Below are positions 18,956 to 27,222 of a stretch of 64,000 nucleotides of DNA, in pieces. The notes under the pieces were generated by a model. It worked only from the letters and a program-made list of their open reading frames with translations, searched no databases and was not told the origin of the DNA. The stretch's first letter is position 1; every line of letters begins with the position of its first letter. The stretch lies in the sequence record MT028491.1; one strand, given 5' to 3'. A program made the translations under genes and the position numbers.

Positions 18956-19410
18956 CCATTATACCATTCAATAGGGTGATCTTTCTCCCATTGTTTGGCG
19001 TCTTTTTGCGCCTTTTCTAGTCTTTCTTCAAAAGCTTTTTCTTCGGCAAGAAAATTCTCTAGTTCTTTTCTTGCATCGTCTATCCAATCAAAACGCATGA
19101 TGGTATCATAACCATGCCCAAAAACACCCTTCCAAATAAGTCTTTCTGGAATGAAAGCCCGTCTTAGTCCATTATCACTAAGAATTGCAGGTTCTGACTG
19201 CCAAGCTGGAACCAATTTATCATCCGAATCATAAAGTCTCTTATGAATGGTAAATGTTTGAGTCGTGCCATTTGGTTCAATGCTATAACGCCATTCTTCT
19301 CTAGGCTTATAAGGTGGAGAATATTTAAACCAATTATGAATCTTTTGCAGCAATCCATTCATCTTTATTTTGTTCTCCCCAAACCCGTTGCGCTTCCTCT
19401 TCCTTTTCAA
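18952..19410 (-). CDS. hypothetical protein
   Basis: 152 aa; FDWIDDARKEL motif similar to neighbour; real start probably MNGLLQK. Confidence 0.6.
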   Translation of the reverse strand: MKRKRKRNGFGENKIKMNGLLQKIHNWFKYSPPYKPREEWRYSIEPNGTTQTFTIHKRLYDSDDKLVPAWQSEPAILSDNGLRRAFIPERLIWKGVFGHGYDTIMRFDWIDDARKELENFLAEEKAFEERLEKAQKDAKQWEKDHPIEWYNG

Positions 19411-19792
19411 CAGATTCTAAATAGTCTTCTAGACATTTTCTAGCTTCCAACACAGTGTCAAATTCAGCTATCTTAAAGACATTTCCATATCCATCATTAC
19501 CATCGTTGTCTTCAATGAATTCATAATACCAAGTGCAATCGATCAGACGATATGAATCAACAATGACATTAGGGTTGTCGGAATACACAACTCTACAAAG
19601 AATAGAATCTGGATATCTATCATTATTATCATTATAATAAAGAATTTGATATTTTTTTAGAGCGACATTGGCTTTTAGTTTGTAATACGGTTGTATGGTT
19701 TTCTTTTTAATTGAAAACGGCTTGCCATTATCCTCTGGAAGATTGTCTTCTCCATTAAGAAGGTTTTTAATTTTCTGTATAAAATTAGTCAA
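19334..19792 (-). CDS. hypothetical protein
   Basis: 152 aa; FDTVLEARKCL motif; start TTG. Confidence 0.6.
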   Translation of the reverse strand: MTNFIQKIKNLLNGEDNLPEDNGKPFSIKKKTIQPYYKLKANVALKKYQILYYNDNNDRYPDSILCRVVYSDNPNVIVDSYRLIDCTWYYEFIEDNDGNDGYGNVFKIAEFDTVLEARKCLEDYLESVEKEEEAQRVWGEQNKDEWIAAKDS

Positions 19793-19862
19793 ATTTAATC
19801 CTTTATAAAATAGCTTTTAAGCATTTAAGAAACCCGCCCGATTGAGCGGGAAACCAAAAGGC

Positions 19863-20183
19863 TTAATCAAACATTCTAGCCTTTTCATCATCGGCCAAAG
19901 CATACTTAGAAGCCGCATAAGCGATATTTGGATTAACCGCCTTGCAATGACGATCATATTCAGAAGACGAATAATTCCAAAGCTTTTCGTCCAGAATGCA
20001 AGCAACAGACTTAGAAAGGCCCAAATCATTTACGGCTTTGCGAACCTTATCCGCCAGATAATGCGCATCGCGTGGATGATCGAAGATACCAACATGCATT
20101 GCAATTTCAAAGAAATATGCAAATGGTTCACGAAACGTAATCTGTACGCGATGCTTGCCATTGATGTTAATAACTTCGATCAT
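19863..20183 (-). CDS. hypothetical protein
   Basis: 106-aa ORF behind promoter near 20245. Confidence 0.65.
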   Translation of the reverse strand: MIEVININGKHRVQITFREPFAYFFEIAMHVGIFDHPRDAHYLADKVRKAVNDLGLSKSVACILDEKLWNYSSSEYDRHCKAVNPNIAYAASKYALADDEKARMFD

Positions 20184-20254
20184 TGTCTTAAACCTTGTTT
20201 TGGTTTGTTTTCGATGATTAAGTTATGCCATATGCTAAGAGTCTTGTCAACACC

Positions 20255-21415
20255 TTAGTCAATAAAATGCGGAACAAATCGCGAAGAATTCTTTGTAATC
20301 AAAGAGTCATCTTCTCGAATACCAATTCCAGCCGCTTGACCGGCAATAACCCAAGAACCAATAACAGGGAAATCATTCCCAAATCTTGGCAGTGGATTAT
20401 AAGCCTGTATGATATGCCCTTCGGCCCCATAAGGTCCATCATTTTTAAGACCTGTCTGGCCTGAAATGATTTCGATATTTGCGCCCTCGCGTGAGAAAAT
20501 AGGCTTGCGCACATATTCACCACCAAGGATTTTAACATCTTGCTCACCTTCAAAATAGCTTGGAAGAAGGTTTGGATGATCTGGATACATTTCCCATAGG
20601 ATCGGTAGAATACCCTTATTGGAAAGAACAAGCTTCCAAAGAGGTTCAATGATCGTGGTAGGTGTATCGATCAGATATTTGCCAAATTCTTCACGAACCA
20701 TATCTTCCAAAGGATAAAGCTTAAAAAGATGTTCGATTCGTTTGTCGTCTTTGTCAGTAAACCAATTTTGGGCATCGATACCAATTTCGGTAACATCCAA
20801 CATGACAACATCTTTGCCAATCTGATAGGCAATATCAGCTAGATATTTGATCGTTGTCCAATCTTCCCGCGAATCTTCGAAAGCTGCCAGATGCATAGTA
20901 TTGTAACCACTGGTGACGATATGAGGTAAAGCTTCCTTAAGCTTTTCGTGAATCGAATTGAATTGATCGGCATCAGCCGAAATCTTGCCCGAAAGTTTCA
21001 TATCTTCGAGCCACATCCATTGAACAACAGATGCTTCAAAAAGACTGGTAGGAGTATCGGCATTGAATTCCAGCATTTTTGCAGGACCATTACCATCATA
21101 AGCAAGATCGAAACGACCGTACAAATCCTTGTCTTTATTATTCCACGAGTCAATTACAGCATCGCGAAATTCTTCTGGAATTTGAAGTCTGGCCATTTCA
21201 TCAGGAAAGTCACAAACATAGGAAACGGCATTATAGCACATTTCCATAAGTTCGGTTGTAGGGTCTTCAATGTTGTTTTCGATTTCTTCCAACGAAAACT
21301 TGTAAGCGTTTCGTTCATCCCAATAGCGTTCACCATCAAAGGTGTGAAAGTCAAAGCCAATTTCTTCAACTTTCTTCTGCCAATCAGGACGTTCACCAAA
21401 CGAAATACGTTCCAT
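20255..21415 (-). CDS. glutathionylspermidine synthase-family ATP-grasp protein (YgiC/YjfC-like)
   Basis: LYGRFDLAY, KMLEFNADTPTSLFEAS, LFKLYPLE, EPLWK..SNKG, KPIFSREGAN, IGSW, IRED...FVPH. Confidence 0.92.
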   Translation of the reverse strand: MERISFGERPDWQKKVEEIGFDFHTFDGERYWDERNAYKFSLEEIENNIEDPTTELMEMCYNAVSYVCDFPDEMARLQIPEEFRDAVIDSWNNKDKDLYGRFDLAYDGNGPAKMLEFNADTPTSLFEASVVQWMWLEDMKLSGKISADADQFNSIHEKLKEALPHIVTSGYNTMHLAAFEDSREDWTTIKYLADIAYQIGKDVVMLDVTEIGIDAQNWFTDKDDKRIEHLFKLYPLEDMVREEFGKYLIDTPTTIIEPLWKLVLSNKGILPILWEMYPDHPNLLPSYFEGEQDVKILGGEYVRKPIFSREGANIEIISGQTGLKNDGPYGAEGHIIQAYNPLPRFGNDFPVIGSWVIAGQAAGIGIREDDSLITKNSSRFVPHFID

Positions 21416-21901
21416 TTATTTTACCTCTATGTTAACGTTGACTTTGTTTTTATAGTTATTCCAATATTTGTTGAAGCTATATTCTAAAATCTTTTCCATT
21501 TCTCTAGCTTCAATTTCAAATGGACATTCTTTATACAACTTAATGTTAAACCCATTTTTATCATAATATGGAGGTAAATTCGTTAGCGACAACCTTCCTT
21601 CAAGATATTGAATGAAATGAGTGAATTCATGAAATAGAATCTGTCTTAGTTCGCCACCATCCAAATATTTTGTATAGAATGGGCTTATGGAAATTTGTAG
21701 ATTGTTTGAATACGAATTCACCCAACCAAATTGACCATATGAATTACCAATATCTCGAAACGATAAGGTAATATGTTGATCTGTTTTAAGTTCATAAAAA
21801 TTGTAACAAAATATCAACGCTTTTTTCAACATGACAAGATTTTTGACAATTGTATTACTTGACTTTTTGTAATATGTTTTATCGATTAGAACGTCATTCA
21901 T
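21416..21901 (-). CDS. putative zinc metallopeptidase (HExxH)
   Basis: ILFHEFTHFIQ ... CPFEIEA; similar to 41766-42425. Confidence 0.65.
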   Translation of the reverse strand: MNDVLIDKTYYKKSSNTIVKNLVMLKKALIFCYNFYELKTDQHITLSFRDIGNSYGQFGWVNSYSNNLQISISPFYTKYLDGGELRQILFHEFTHFIQYLEGRLSLTNLPPYYDKNGFNIKLYKECPFEIEAREMEKILEYSFNKYWNNYKNKVNVNIEVK

Positions 21902-21907
21902 ATAACC

Positions 21908-22435
21908 TTAGCCCGCAACAGAGATTGCACGTGCACCGAAACCACCACGCGAAAGAGTAGTGGTACTAGTTGATGGTTTTGCAGCCGATGAATAACCAGA
22001 AATACGAACGCCACCAGTCTTATTACCAACATTTGCACCAGAACCAGTCATGAAATTGCTGGAATTGGTTGTACGATAAAGGCCCTGTGCTGGTGAATGA
22101 TAACCACCAGAAGACGTTCCACCAAGCATATAGCCCATCATGAACGGCATGAAAGAATTTCCACCGCTCGCATGAGTTGGCGAAGTTTGTTCACATTTTC
22201 CGGCACCAAATTCAGCTTCGCAGTCATCCTTTGACTTGTACGATGGACCGTTCTTTTCATGCTGTTTCTTAGCTTCTGCATAATTAGCTTCACACTGAGA
22301 ACGTGAATATTTGCCAGATTCGACACACGAATTGACATCGTTGTAGATAGCCGTATCGATAGGCTCTTCATTACAACCAGTGAGAACGACCGCCGCACCC
22401 ATAAGAGTTAGCGAAATCGCTAGTGAACGCTTCAT
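21908..22435 (-). CDS. DUF1190 (YgiB/YjfM-like) lipoprotein
   Basis: lipobox LTGC, conserved Cys pattern (SC..SQC..DDCEAEFGAGKC), FMPFMMGY, SRGGFG tail. Confidence 0.88.
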   Translation of the reverse strand: MKRSLAISLTLMGAAVVLTGCNEEPIDTAIYNDVNSCVESGKYSRSQCEANYAEAKKQHEKNGPSYKSKDDCEAEFGAGKCEQTSPTHASGGNSFMPFMMGYMLGGTSSGGYHSPAQGLYRTTNSSNFMTGSGANVGNKTGGVRISGYSSAAKPSTSTTTLSRGGFGARAISVAG

Positions 22436-22558
22436 AATGACTCCTTGTAAAAAATTAGTCTTAAATTCTGCATATTGCTTACCTTTGGACTAATATCTTG
22501 TCAAGGGTTTTATAAAAAGAAAATCACCCAAAACCTGTAGGTAATGGGTGATTAAAAA

Positions 22559-24277
22559 TTACATTGCATCAATTTCAGCATATGTTGGTATGGGTTTATA
22601 AACTACATCATCTGTTGTTCCGATACCGGCATTCAAATTTGCAGCATCGGAACCGGCTACCGTTGTAAAATCTCCATTGGCCATATCTGTAATACATGAT
22701 GGACCATAATCGACACAAATGTTATCATTAAATAGATAACCGTATGAAGGTTCTGCTAAAGCGGCTGGATAGTTGCCTTTCCAAACTCCACCAATATCAT
22801 AATCGTAATTGTCAGTACCACCCCAATAGTTTTCAGGAGTCCACATATTAGCGGCTGAATTTGGTGTACGAATACCGGCACAATCTCTATCATAAGCATA
22901 GAAAATATTGTTTTGAAGTTGAATACCACGACCAGAATCAAGCATTCTCAAGAAATAGTTAAATCCGTTTGGAGCATTTTTGTCCAAAAGCAAAGCACTA
23001 TTTTGAACTATACATTTCCCGCCATCAGATACATCATAAATCATCGCATGGTTTGTAGGATGTTTAACGTATATTCTTAGTCGTTGAATAATCGCATCTT
23101 CTGAATTTTCTAGATACAAACCCCTAACTATTGAGTGGGTTTCATCAGTAATTTTTGTATCTTGTGCAATAATTTTATCAGACACGGCACTGATAGCGCC
23201 ATAACAATCGTGTATCCAGTTTCGACCAGAAGTCAGGGAAACAACATCTGCAACGGATATTCCTAAATTACAGTTAGCAACCGTACAATCAAAAATATCA
23301 ATTTCATCCCACTTGGCCGAGGCACCACTTGTATGAGCATAAAAACCTGTAACACCTACGTTATTATCGTATGCCCATTGGGATTTATCAGCTTCGGCAA
23401 TTGCCAAGCAATTGTAGAACGATACCTTTTGACCTATACCATCTTGCGTATGTCCAACAAATAATGTTGCATTGGTACGTCTTGGAAGATCGTGTTTATA
23501 GGCAATACATTCAAATGCAGTGGCATTTCTTCCAATGTAAGAGTTGTGCTTTACACCATCCTCAAAAATGCAGAAATTAGCTTGAGAACCATTGCCAATG
23601 ATGGTTGAGCCATTGTTATGAAGTTGTCTCTTAGTACGAATACGAGAAATTTTACAATTATCACCAAGATTAACACCATAATGACGACTTGCATATTCAT
23701 ACAATGCATTATTCGTGTTTGGATCGATATCAGAATAGATATAGAATCGAGCAAGATATGTTGGGTTTGTCGAAGCTTCTGCTACAAAATAATGATCATT
23801 TGTTGTCAGATTACCGGTATTTGATACCCATTCCATACGAACACCATTCTTCCAAAGGGAATTATACATGGTGTATTGACTGTCAATAGTCGTTATATCT
23901 GCATACCAAATGTTTCCGGTATCATTTGTCCAAACTCCATCAAAGACATCAGCCGCATCAAAGGTAGGCAATTTATCTTCCGGGTTTCCATAAACATCAA
24001 TTTCAATACCTGTATAGGTATCAACTATAATCTGTTCGCGGAAATACGAACCATATTTTACACCAACCTTTATGTTATTTTCCCAAGTGATAGCCGAAAT
24101 AGTTTTCAAAGCTGTTGCTTCTGTCAAACCATCATTAGAATCACTACCATCAACACTATCGACATAAATGTCAAAGAGTGGTGTAGGATCGATATTGTCA
24201 ATGACTTCATTAGGCCATGCAGCACCTAATGTTGTGTTTGGGATTGGGTAATTAAAAACCTTTGTGATATCACTCAT
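22559..24277 (-). CDS. pectin-lyase-like parallel beta-helix protein, possible virion depolymerase
   Basis: YVDSVDGSDSNDGLTEATALKTI motif, N/D/G/I-rich repeats; late promoter upstream. Confidence 0.7.
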   Translation of the reverse strand: MSDITKVFNYPIPNTTLGAAWPNEVIDNIDPTPLFDIYVDSVDGSDSNDGLTEATALKTISAITWENNIKVGVKYGSYFREQIIVDTYTGIEIDVYGNPEDKLPTFDAADVFDGVWTNDTGNIWYADITTIDSQYTMYNSLWKNGVRMEWVSNTGNLTTNDHYFVAEASTNPTYLARFYIYSDIDPNTNNALYEYASRHYGVNLGDNCKISRIRTKRQLHNNGSTIIGNGSQANFCIFEDGVKHNSYIGRNATAFECIAYKHDLPRRTNATLFVGHTQDGIGQKVSFYNCLAIAEADKSQWAYDNNVGVTGFYAHTSGASAKWDEIDIFDCTVANCNLGISVADVVSLTSGRNWIHDCYGAISAVSDKIIAQDTKITDETHSIVRGLYLENSEDAIIQRLRIYVKHPTNHAMIYDVSDGGKCIVQNSALLLDKNAPNGFNYFLRMLDSGRGIQLQNNIFYAYDRDCAGIRTPNSAANMWTPENYWGGTDNYDYDIGGVWKGNYPAALAEPSYGYLFNDNICVDYGPSCITDMANGDFTTVAGSDAANLNAGIGTTDDVVYKPIPTYAEIDAM

Positions 24278-24300
24278 AGTGAAAATCCTAAAATAAAAAA

Positions 24301-24330
24301 ACGGTCTATCACATATTTATGATAGACCGT
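24301..24330 (-). terminator. intrinsic terminator with late promoter CATAAATA in its loop
   Basis: ACGGTCTATCA-8nt-TGATAGACCGT followed by TTTTTT on minus; CATAAATA at 24314-24321. Confidence 0.75.
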
Positions 24331-24336
24331 TTTAAT

Positions 24337-24413
24337 TGGTCGGAATGGTTGGATTCAAACCAACGACCCCCTGATCCCAAATCAGGTGCGCTATCCGGCT
24401 GCGCTACACTCCG
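24337..24413 (-). tRNA. tRNA-Pro(TGG)
   Basis: CGGAGTG acceptor, CCTGA-TT-TGG-GA-TCAGG arm, ACCA. Confidence 0.93.
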
Positions 24414-24419
24414 TGATAA

Positions 24420-24509
24420 TGGTGGAAATGGATGGATTCGAACCACATGCCCATAGGGATCGGATTTACAGTCCAACGCTGGACCTATCCAGCCTTACTT
24501 GCCATTTCC
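24420..24509 (-). tRNA. tRNA-Tyr(GTA) with non-canonical D-arm
   Basis: TTGGA-CT-GTA-AA-TCCGA arm, long variable arm, GGAAATG/CATTTCC, ACCA. Confidence 0.85.
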
Positions 24510-24513
24510 AAAA

Positions 24514-24741
24514 AGGCCGCTGATATCTACATTCCTAACACAGTTAGCATTCGGCTAGATTACAGCGATATTATTCCGAAACCCCTTTAATACGTGTTCA
24601 AGATGCATGAATGACCCGGCAAGGTTCATTATTTACGTTGCAACAGCATCTTTTGTAGACTCGAATAAATGGCCTACTGATAAGACGAGGAAGAAGTCAT
24701 GGTTCTATCTCTTATCACATTTATCCTCTCTAAAGAGGGAT
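24514..24741 (-). ncRNA. candidate structured ncRNA between tRNA-Phe and tRNA-Tyr
   Basis: nested helices AGGCC/GGCCT, GTCTACA/TGTAGAT, AAGATGC/GCATCTT plus two upstream hairpins; no credible ORF. Confidence 0.5.
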
Positions 24742-24746
24742 TTAAA

Positions 24747-24822
24747 TGGTGGGTAATCTTGGTTCTGACCCAAGTTCTTCGGTGCTTCAAACCGACGCAT
24801 TGACCACAGTTGCTTATTACCC
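24747..24822 (-). tRNA. tRNA-Phe(GAA) with atypical T-loop
   Basis: TCGGT-TT-GAA-GC-ACCGA arm; T-loop GTCAGAA; GGGTAAT/ATTACCC, ACCA. Confidence 0.85.
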
Positions 24823-25368
24823 GTTTACTTCTATGTAGTGTCCGAATATAAGATAATTTAACAAACAATACAAGTATGTAAACTCAATATCGTTCCCTTT
24901 AAAAATTATCGGATAATTTCCTGTCCCTACATTATACATTGTGACAGTACGAAGATCGTTTGCCTTATTTACATTAAACCAGCTTATAACAATCCGCCTA
25001 TCTTTTTCATCGATTGTTAATTCAAAGGATTCATCTAATGTACCCTCATTCCTAACAACCAGCATATATTGAGACATATGCCTTTTGTACATTGCAAACC
25101 AATGGAATGAATTTTCATTCTTATCAGAATTGGTTTCTTCAATTTCGTTTGCACTGAAAACCTTTGCAGGGATAGAAAACTGATCAACCGAGTATTTAGC
25201 ACCCCATACATCGTATTTTTGTCTAAGTTTGAACAAATCGAAATGATACCATTTTGACTTAGTTGATAGAAAATTTGAATTTTTCATGTACTCTAATATA
25301 AGAGTACGCCTTTTATTCAAATCTTCAATATCAGTTAAATCAATACTGTCATCATTAAGATATGGCAT
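24817..25368 (-). CDS. orphan protein, C-terminal FxxIxxxH family; last codon and stop overlap tRNA-Phe
   Basis: IVISWF; ends LLNYLIFGHYIEVNG*. Confidence 0.65.
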   Translation of the reverse strand: MPYLNDDSIDLTDIEDLNKRRTLILEYMKNSNFLSTKSKWYHFDLFKLRQKYDVWGAKYSVDQFSIPAKVFSANEIEETNSDKNENSFHWFAMYKRHMSQYMLVVRNEGTLDESFELTIDEKDRRIVISWFNVNKANDLRTVTMYNVGTGNYPIIFKGNDIEFTYLYCLLNYLIFGHYIEVNG

Positions 25369-25600
25369 TCATATACTCACTAACCATCCCGTGGTATTCA
25401 CCTTGAATGGCACCATCACAACGCTTATAGAGATTATTGAAATCATCTATCATGATCTTGAAAAGCTTTTGATCTGGATCGCTATTACAGCGCTCTAACA
25501 TTTCACAAAACTTTTCAAACAACAACTGAGACTGGTTCATTTCAAATCGCATTCTTATCTTTAAAATATGCAGTGTCTTGTAAAAGATGGATTTCATCAC
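25355..25600 (-). CDS. hypothetical protein
   Basis: 81-aa ORF; real start probably MRFEMN. Confidence 0.55.
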   Translation of the reverse strand: MMKSIFYKTLHILKIRMRFEMNQSQLLFEKFCEMLERCNSDPDQKLFKIMIDDFNNLYKRCDGAIQGEYHGMVSEYMNAIS

Positions 25601-25760
25601 CCTCTACAATCGATCCACAACCTCTACATCGCCATGCGTATTTTCCACCATTATCTAAAGGATGTGGACGTTCATAGTCCAATCGTTGACATTTTGGACA
25701 CAAAACAACATCACAACCTTCAAATGAATTTTTTGATGTATATGTTGGTTCACTAGACAA
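25542..25760 (-). CDS. small zinc-ribbon protein
   Basis: CPKC...CRGC. Confidence 0.65.
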   Translation of the reverse strand: MSSEPTYTSKNSFEGCDVVLCPKCQRLDYERPHPLDNGGKYAWRCRGCGSIVEGDEIHLLQDTAYFKDKNAI

Positions 25761-25783
25761 GATTTAATCCTTTGCATAAAAAA

Positions 25784-25857
25784 TGGTTTCCAGCCGTGGA
25801 TTCGAACCACGATATCCAGACCCAAAAACTGGCGTCCTACCATTAGACGAACCGGAA
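25784..25857 (-). tRNA. tRNA-Gln(TTG)
   Basis: CCAGT-TT-TTG-GG-TCTGG arm, TTCGAAT, ACCA. Confidence 0.9.
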
Positions 25858-25882
25858 ATATTCTCTTGCGAGAAAAAGATTT

Positions 25883-25960
25883 TGGATGACCGTCCCGGAT
25901 TCGAACCGGGGATCAGGGGTTAAAAGGCCCACGCTTTAGACCTGACTAAGCTAACGGTCA
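25883..25960 (-). tRNA. tRNA-Lys(TTT) with mismatched anticodon stem, U73
   Basis: TGGGC-CT-TTT-AA-CCCCT; TGACCGT/ACGGTCA; TCCA. Confidence 0.85.
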
Positions 25961-25965
25961 AAAAT

Positions 25966-26042
25966 TGGTAGTTGTAGATGGACTCGAACCACCAACCTTT
26001 CGCTTATCAAGCGAATGCTCTCACCAATTGAGCTATACAACC
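25966..26042 (-). tRNA. tRNA-Ile(GAT)
   Basis: TTCGC-TT-GAT-AA-GCGAA arm, ACCA. Confidence 0.93.
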
Positions 26043-26049
26043 AAACTGT

Positions 26050-26193
26050 ATTCATATGGCCGGTCGCAACCCCGGCTTCGGGTACTTCTCTATTGCGTTA
26101 GATTTTCTCACGCTTGACGATATATAGCCTCGACAATTAAGCTTTCTTGTCTATCTATAATCCGCGCTTCCAATTCAGCGCCGCATATGAATT
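26050..26193 (-). ncRNA. candidate ~145-nt rod-shaped ncRNA
   Basis: closing helix ATTCATATG/CATATGAAT extended by GCGGCGC/GCGACCG; apical stem and 3' side hairpin. Confidence 0.5.
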
Positions 26194-26197
26194 CTTA

Positions 26198-26452
26198 TTA
26201 GAAAGAAGGAACTTTCGAATCCCTCTTTCGGTTTTTCATGTATCGCATGGCATGACGATTTGCATACGCCTTACCACGTCGATTGTCAACAACTTCCAAA
26301 CGACCATCAAAACCAACTTGGCAAAGAATAGGAACATCGCCATAGGTTTTCTGAAACGCTTTCTTGTTACGCTTCGGCTTTACAGACTTGTAAAGCTGTT
26401 GAACGATAATCACAGGGACATCACGATAGATGACCAAATTGTTATTCTTCAT
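26198..26452 (-). CDS. basic hypothetical protein
   Basis: start MKNNNLV after GAAGG RBS. Confidence 0.55.
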   Translation of the reverse strand: MKNNNLVIYRDVPVIIVQQLYKSVKPKRNKKAFQKTYGDVPILCQVGFDGRLEVVDNRRGKAYANRHAMRYMKNRKRDSKVPSF

Positions 26453-26649
26453 AACCACTACCTTCACAAGAATCGCATTTAGGTGAACCATTATGATCAT
26501 AATGGCCAGAACCATTACAAGCAATGCAAACCTTTCGTTGCACTTGACTTGCCTTTGGTACAATTTTAAATCGCTTACTAGCCATTCTCTTAAACCTTAA
26601 TGTGTTTCATTAAGACGTTTATATACTAATCATAATCGTATGTCAAACA

Positions 26650-26904
26650 CTAAATTATCTCAAAATGTGATTTAGGAACCAATTGTGTTTCTACTCGACA
26701 TTCCTTGCTCTTGATGCTTTGTGGCTTGGTTGTAGAATAATAATCACCGGCCAATAAATATATGATTTTATCGCATGGAATAGTGTAATGATCAGAATCA
26801 TAATCTATGTCTAGAACTAGTTCAAACACATCACCTATTTTAAAAATGTTGCGTTTACAATCTTTGATAGCTCTGATTTTCATTTTAATACCCATGTCAA
26901 ACAC
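26650..26904 (-). CDS. hypothetical protein
   Basis: 84-aa ORF; true start probably MGIKMK or MKIRA. Confidence 0.5.
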   Translation of the reverse strand: MFDMGIKMKIRAIKDCKRNIFKIGDVFELVLDIDYDSDHYTIPCDKIIYLLAGDYYSTTKPQSIKSKECRVETQLVPKSHFEII

Positions 26905-26945
26905 TAAATTTCAATTGGATCGGGCATTTTTTATCCTTTTAATTA

Positions 26946-27023
26946 TGGTGGCGATAGATAGATTTGAACTACCAACCTTTGCCGTATGAAAGCACTGCTC
27001 TAGACCAATTGAGCTATATCGCC
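26946..27023 (-). tRNA. tRNA-Met or Ile2 (CAT), elongator type
   Basis: GGCGATA/TATCGCC, TT-CAT-AC loop, ACCA. Confidence 0.85.
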
Positions 27024-27033
27024 GTTATTCAAA

Positions 27034-27112
27034 TGGTAGACCATGTGTGATTCGAACACACGTAAGACAGAGTTTAAGAGACTCCCGCTACAACCAACTT
27101 AGCTAATGGTCT
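27034..27112 (-). tRNA. tRNA-Lys(CTT)
   Basis: GGAGT-CT-CTT-AA-ACTCT arm, ACCA. Confidence 0.9.
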
Positions 27113-27119
27113 ATATAAA

Positions 27120-27216
27120 TGGTCGGTAGGGATGGATTTGCACCACAAACCTATAAAGGATCAAAGGCACAGGTCTAGACTACCCTTTGACGCGACTCAC
27201 ACTTCGCCGCCTACCG
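27120..27216 (-). tRNA. 97-nt tRNA-like RNA with extended anticodon arm, anticodon undetermined
   Basis: CGGTAGG/CCTACCG-ACCA acceptor, GCGA/TCGC D-stem, TCAAAGG/CCTTTGA stem enclosing 16 nt, T-loop TGCAAAT. Confidence 0.75.
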
Positions 27217-27222
27217 TTAAAA

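Noticed and set aside
27170-27185. U-CUA in the extended anticodon arm read as an amber suppressor
   Set aside because: No stem supports a CUA-centred 7-nt loop; the anticodon is left undetermined.
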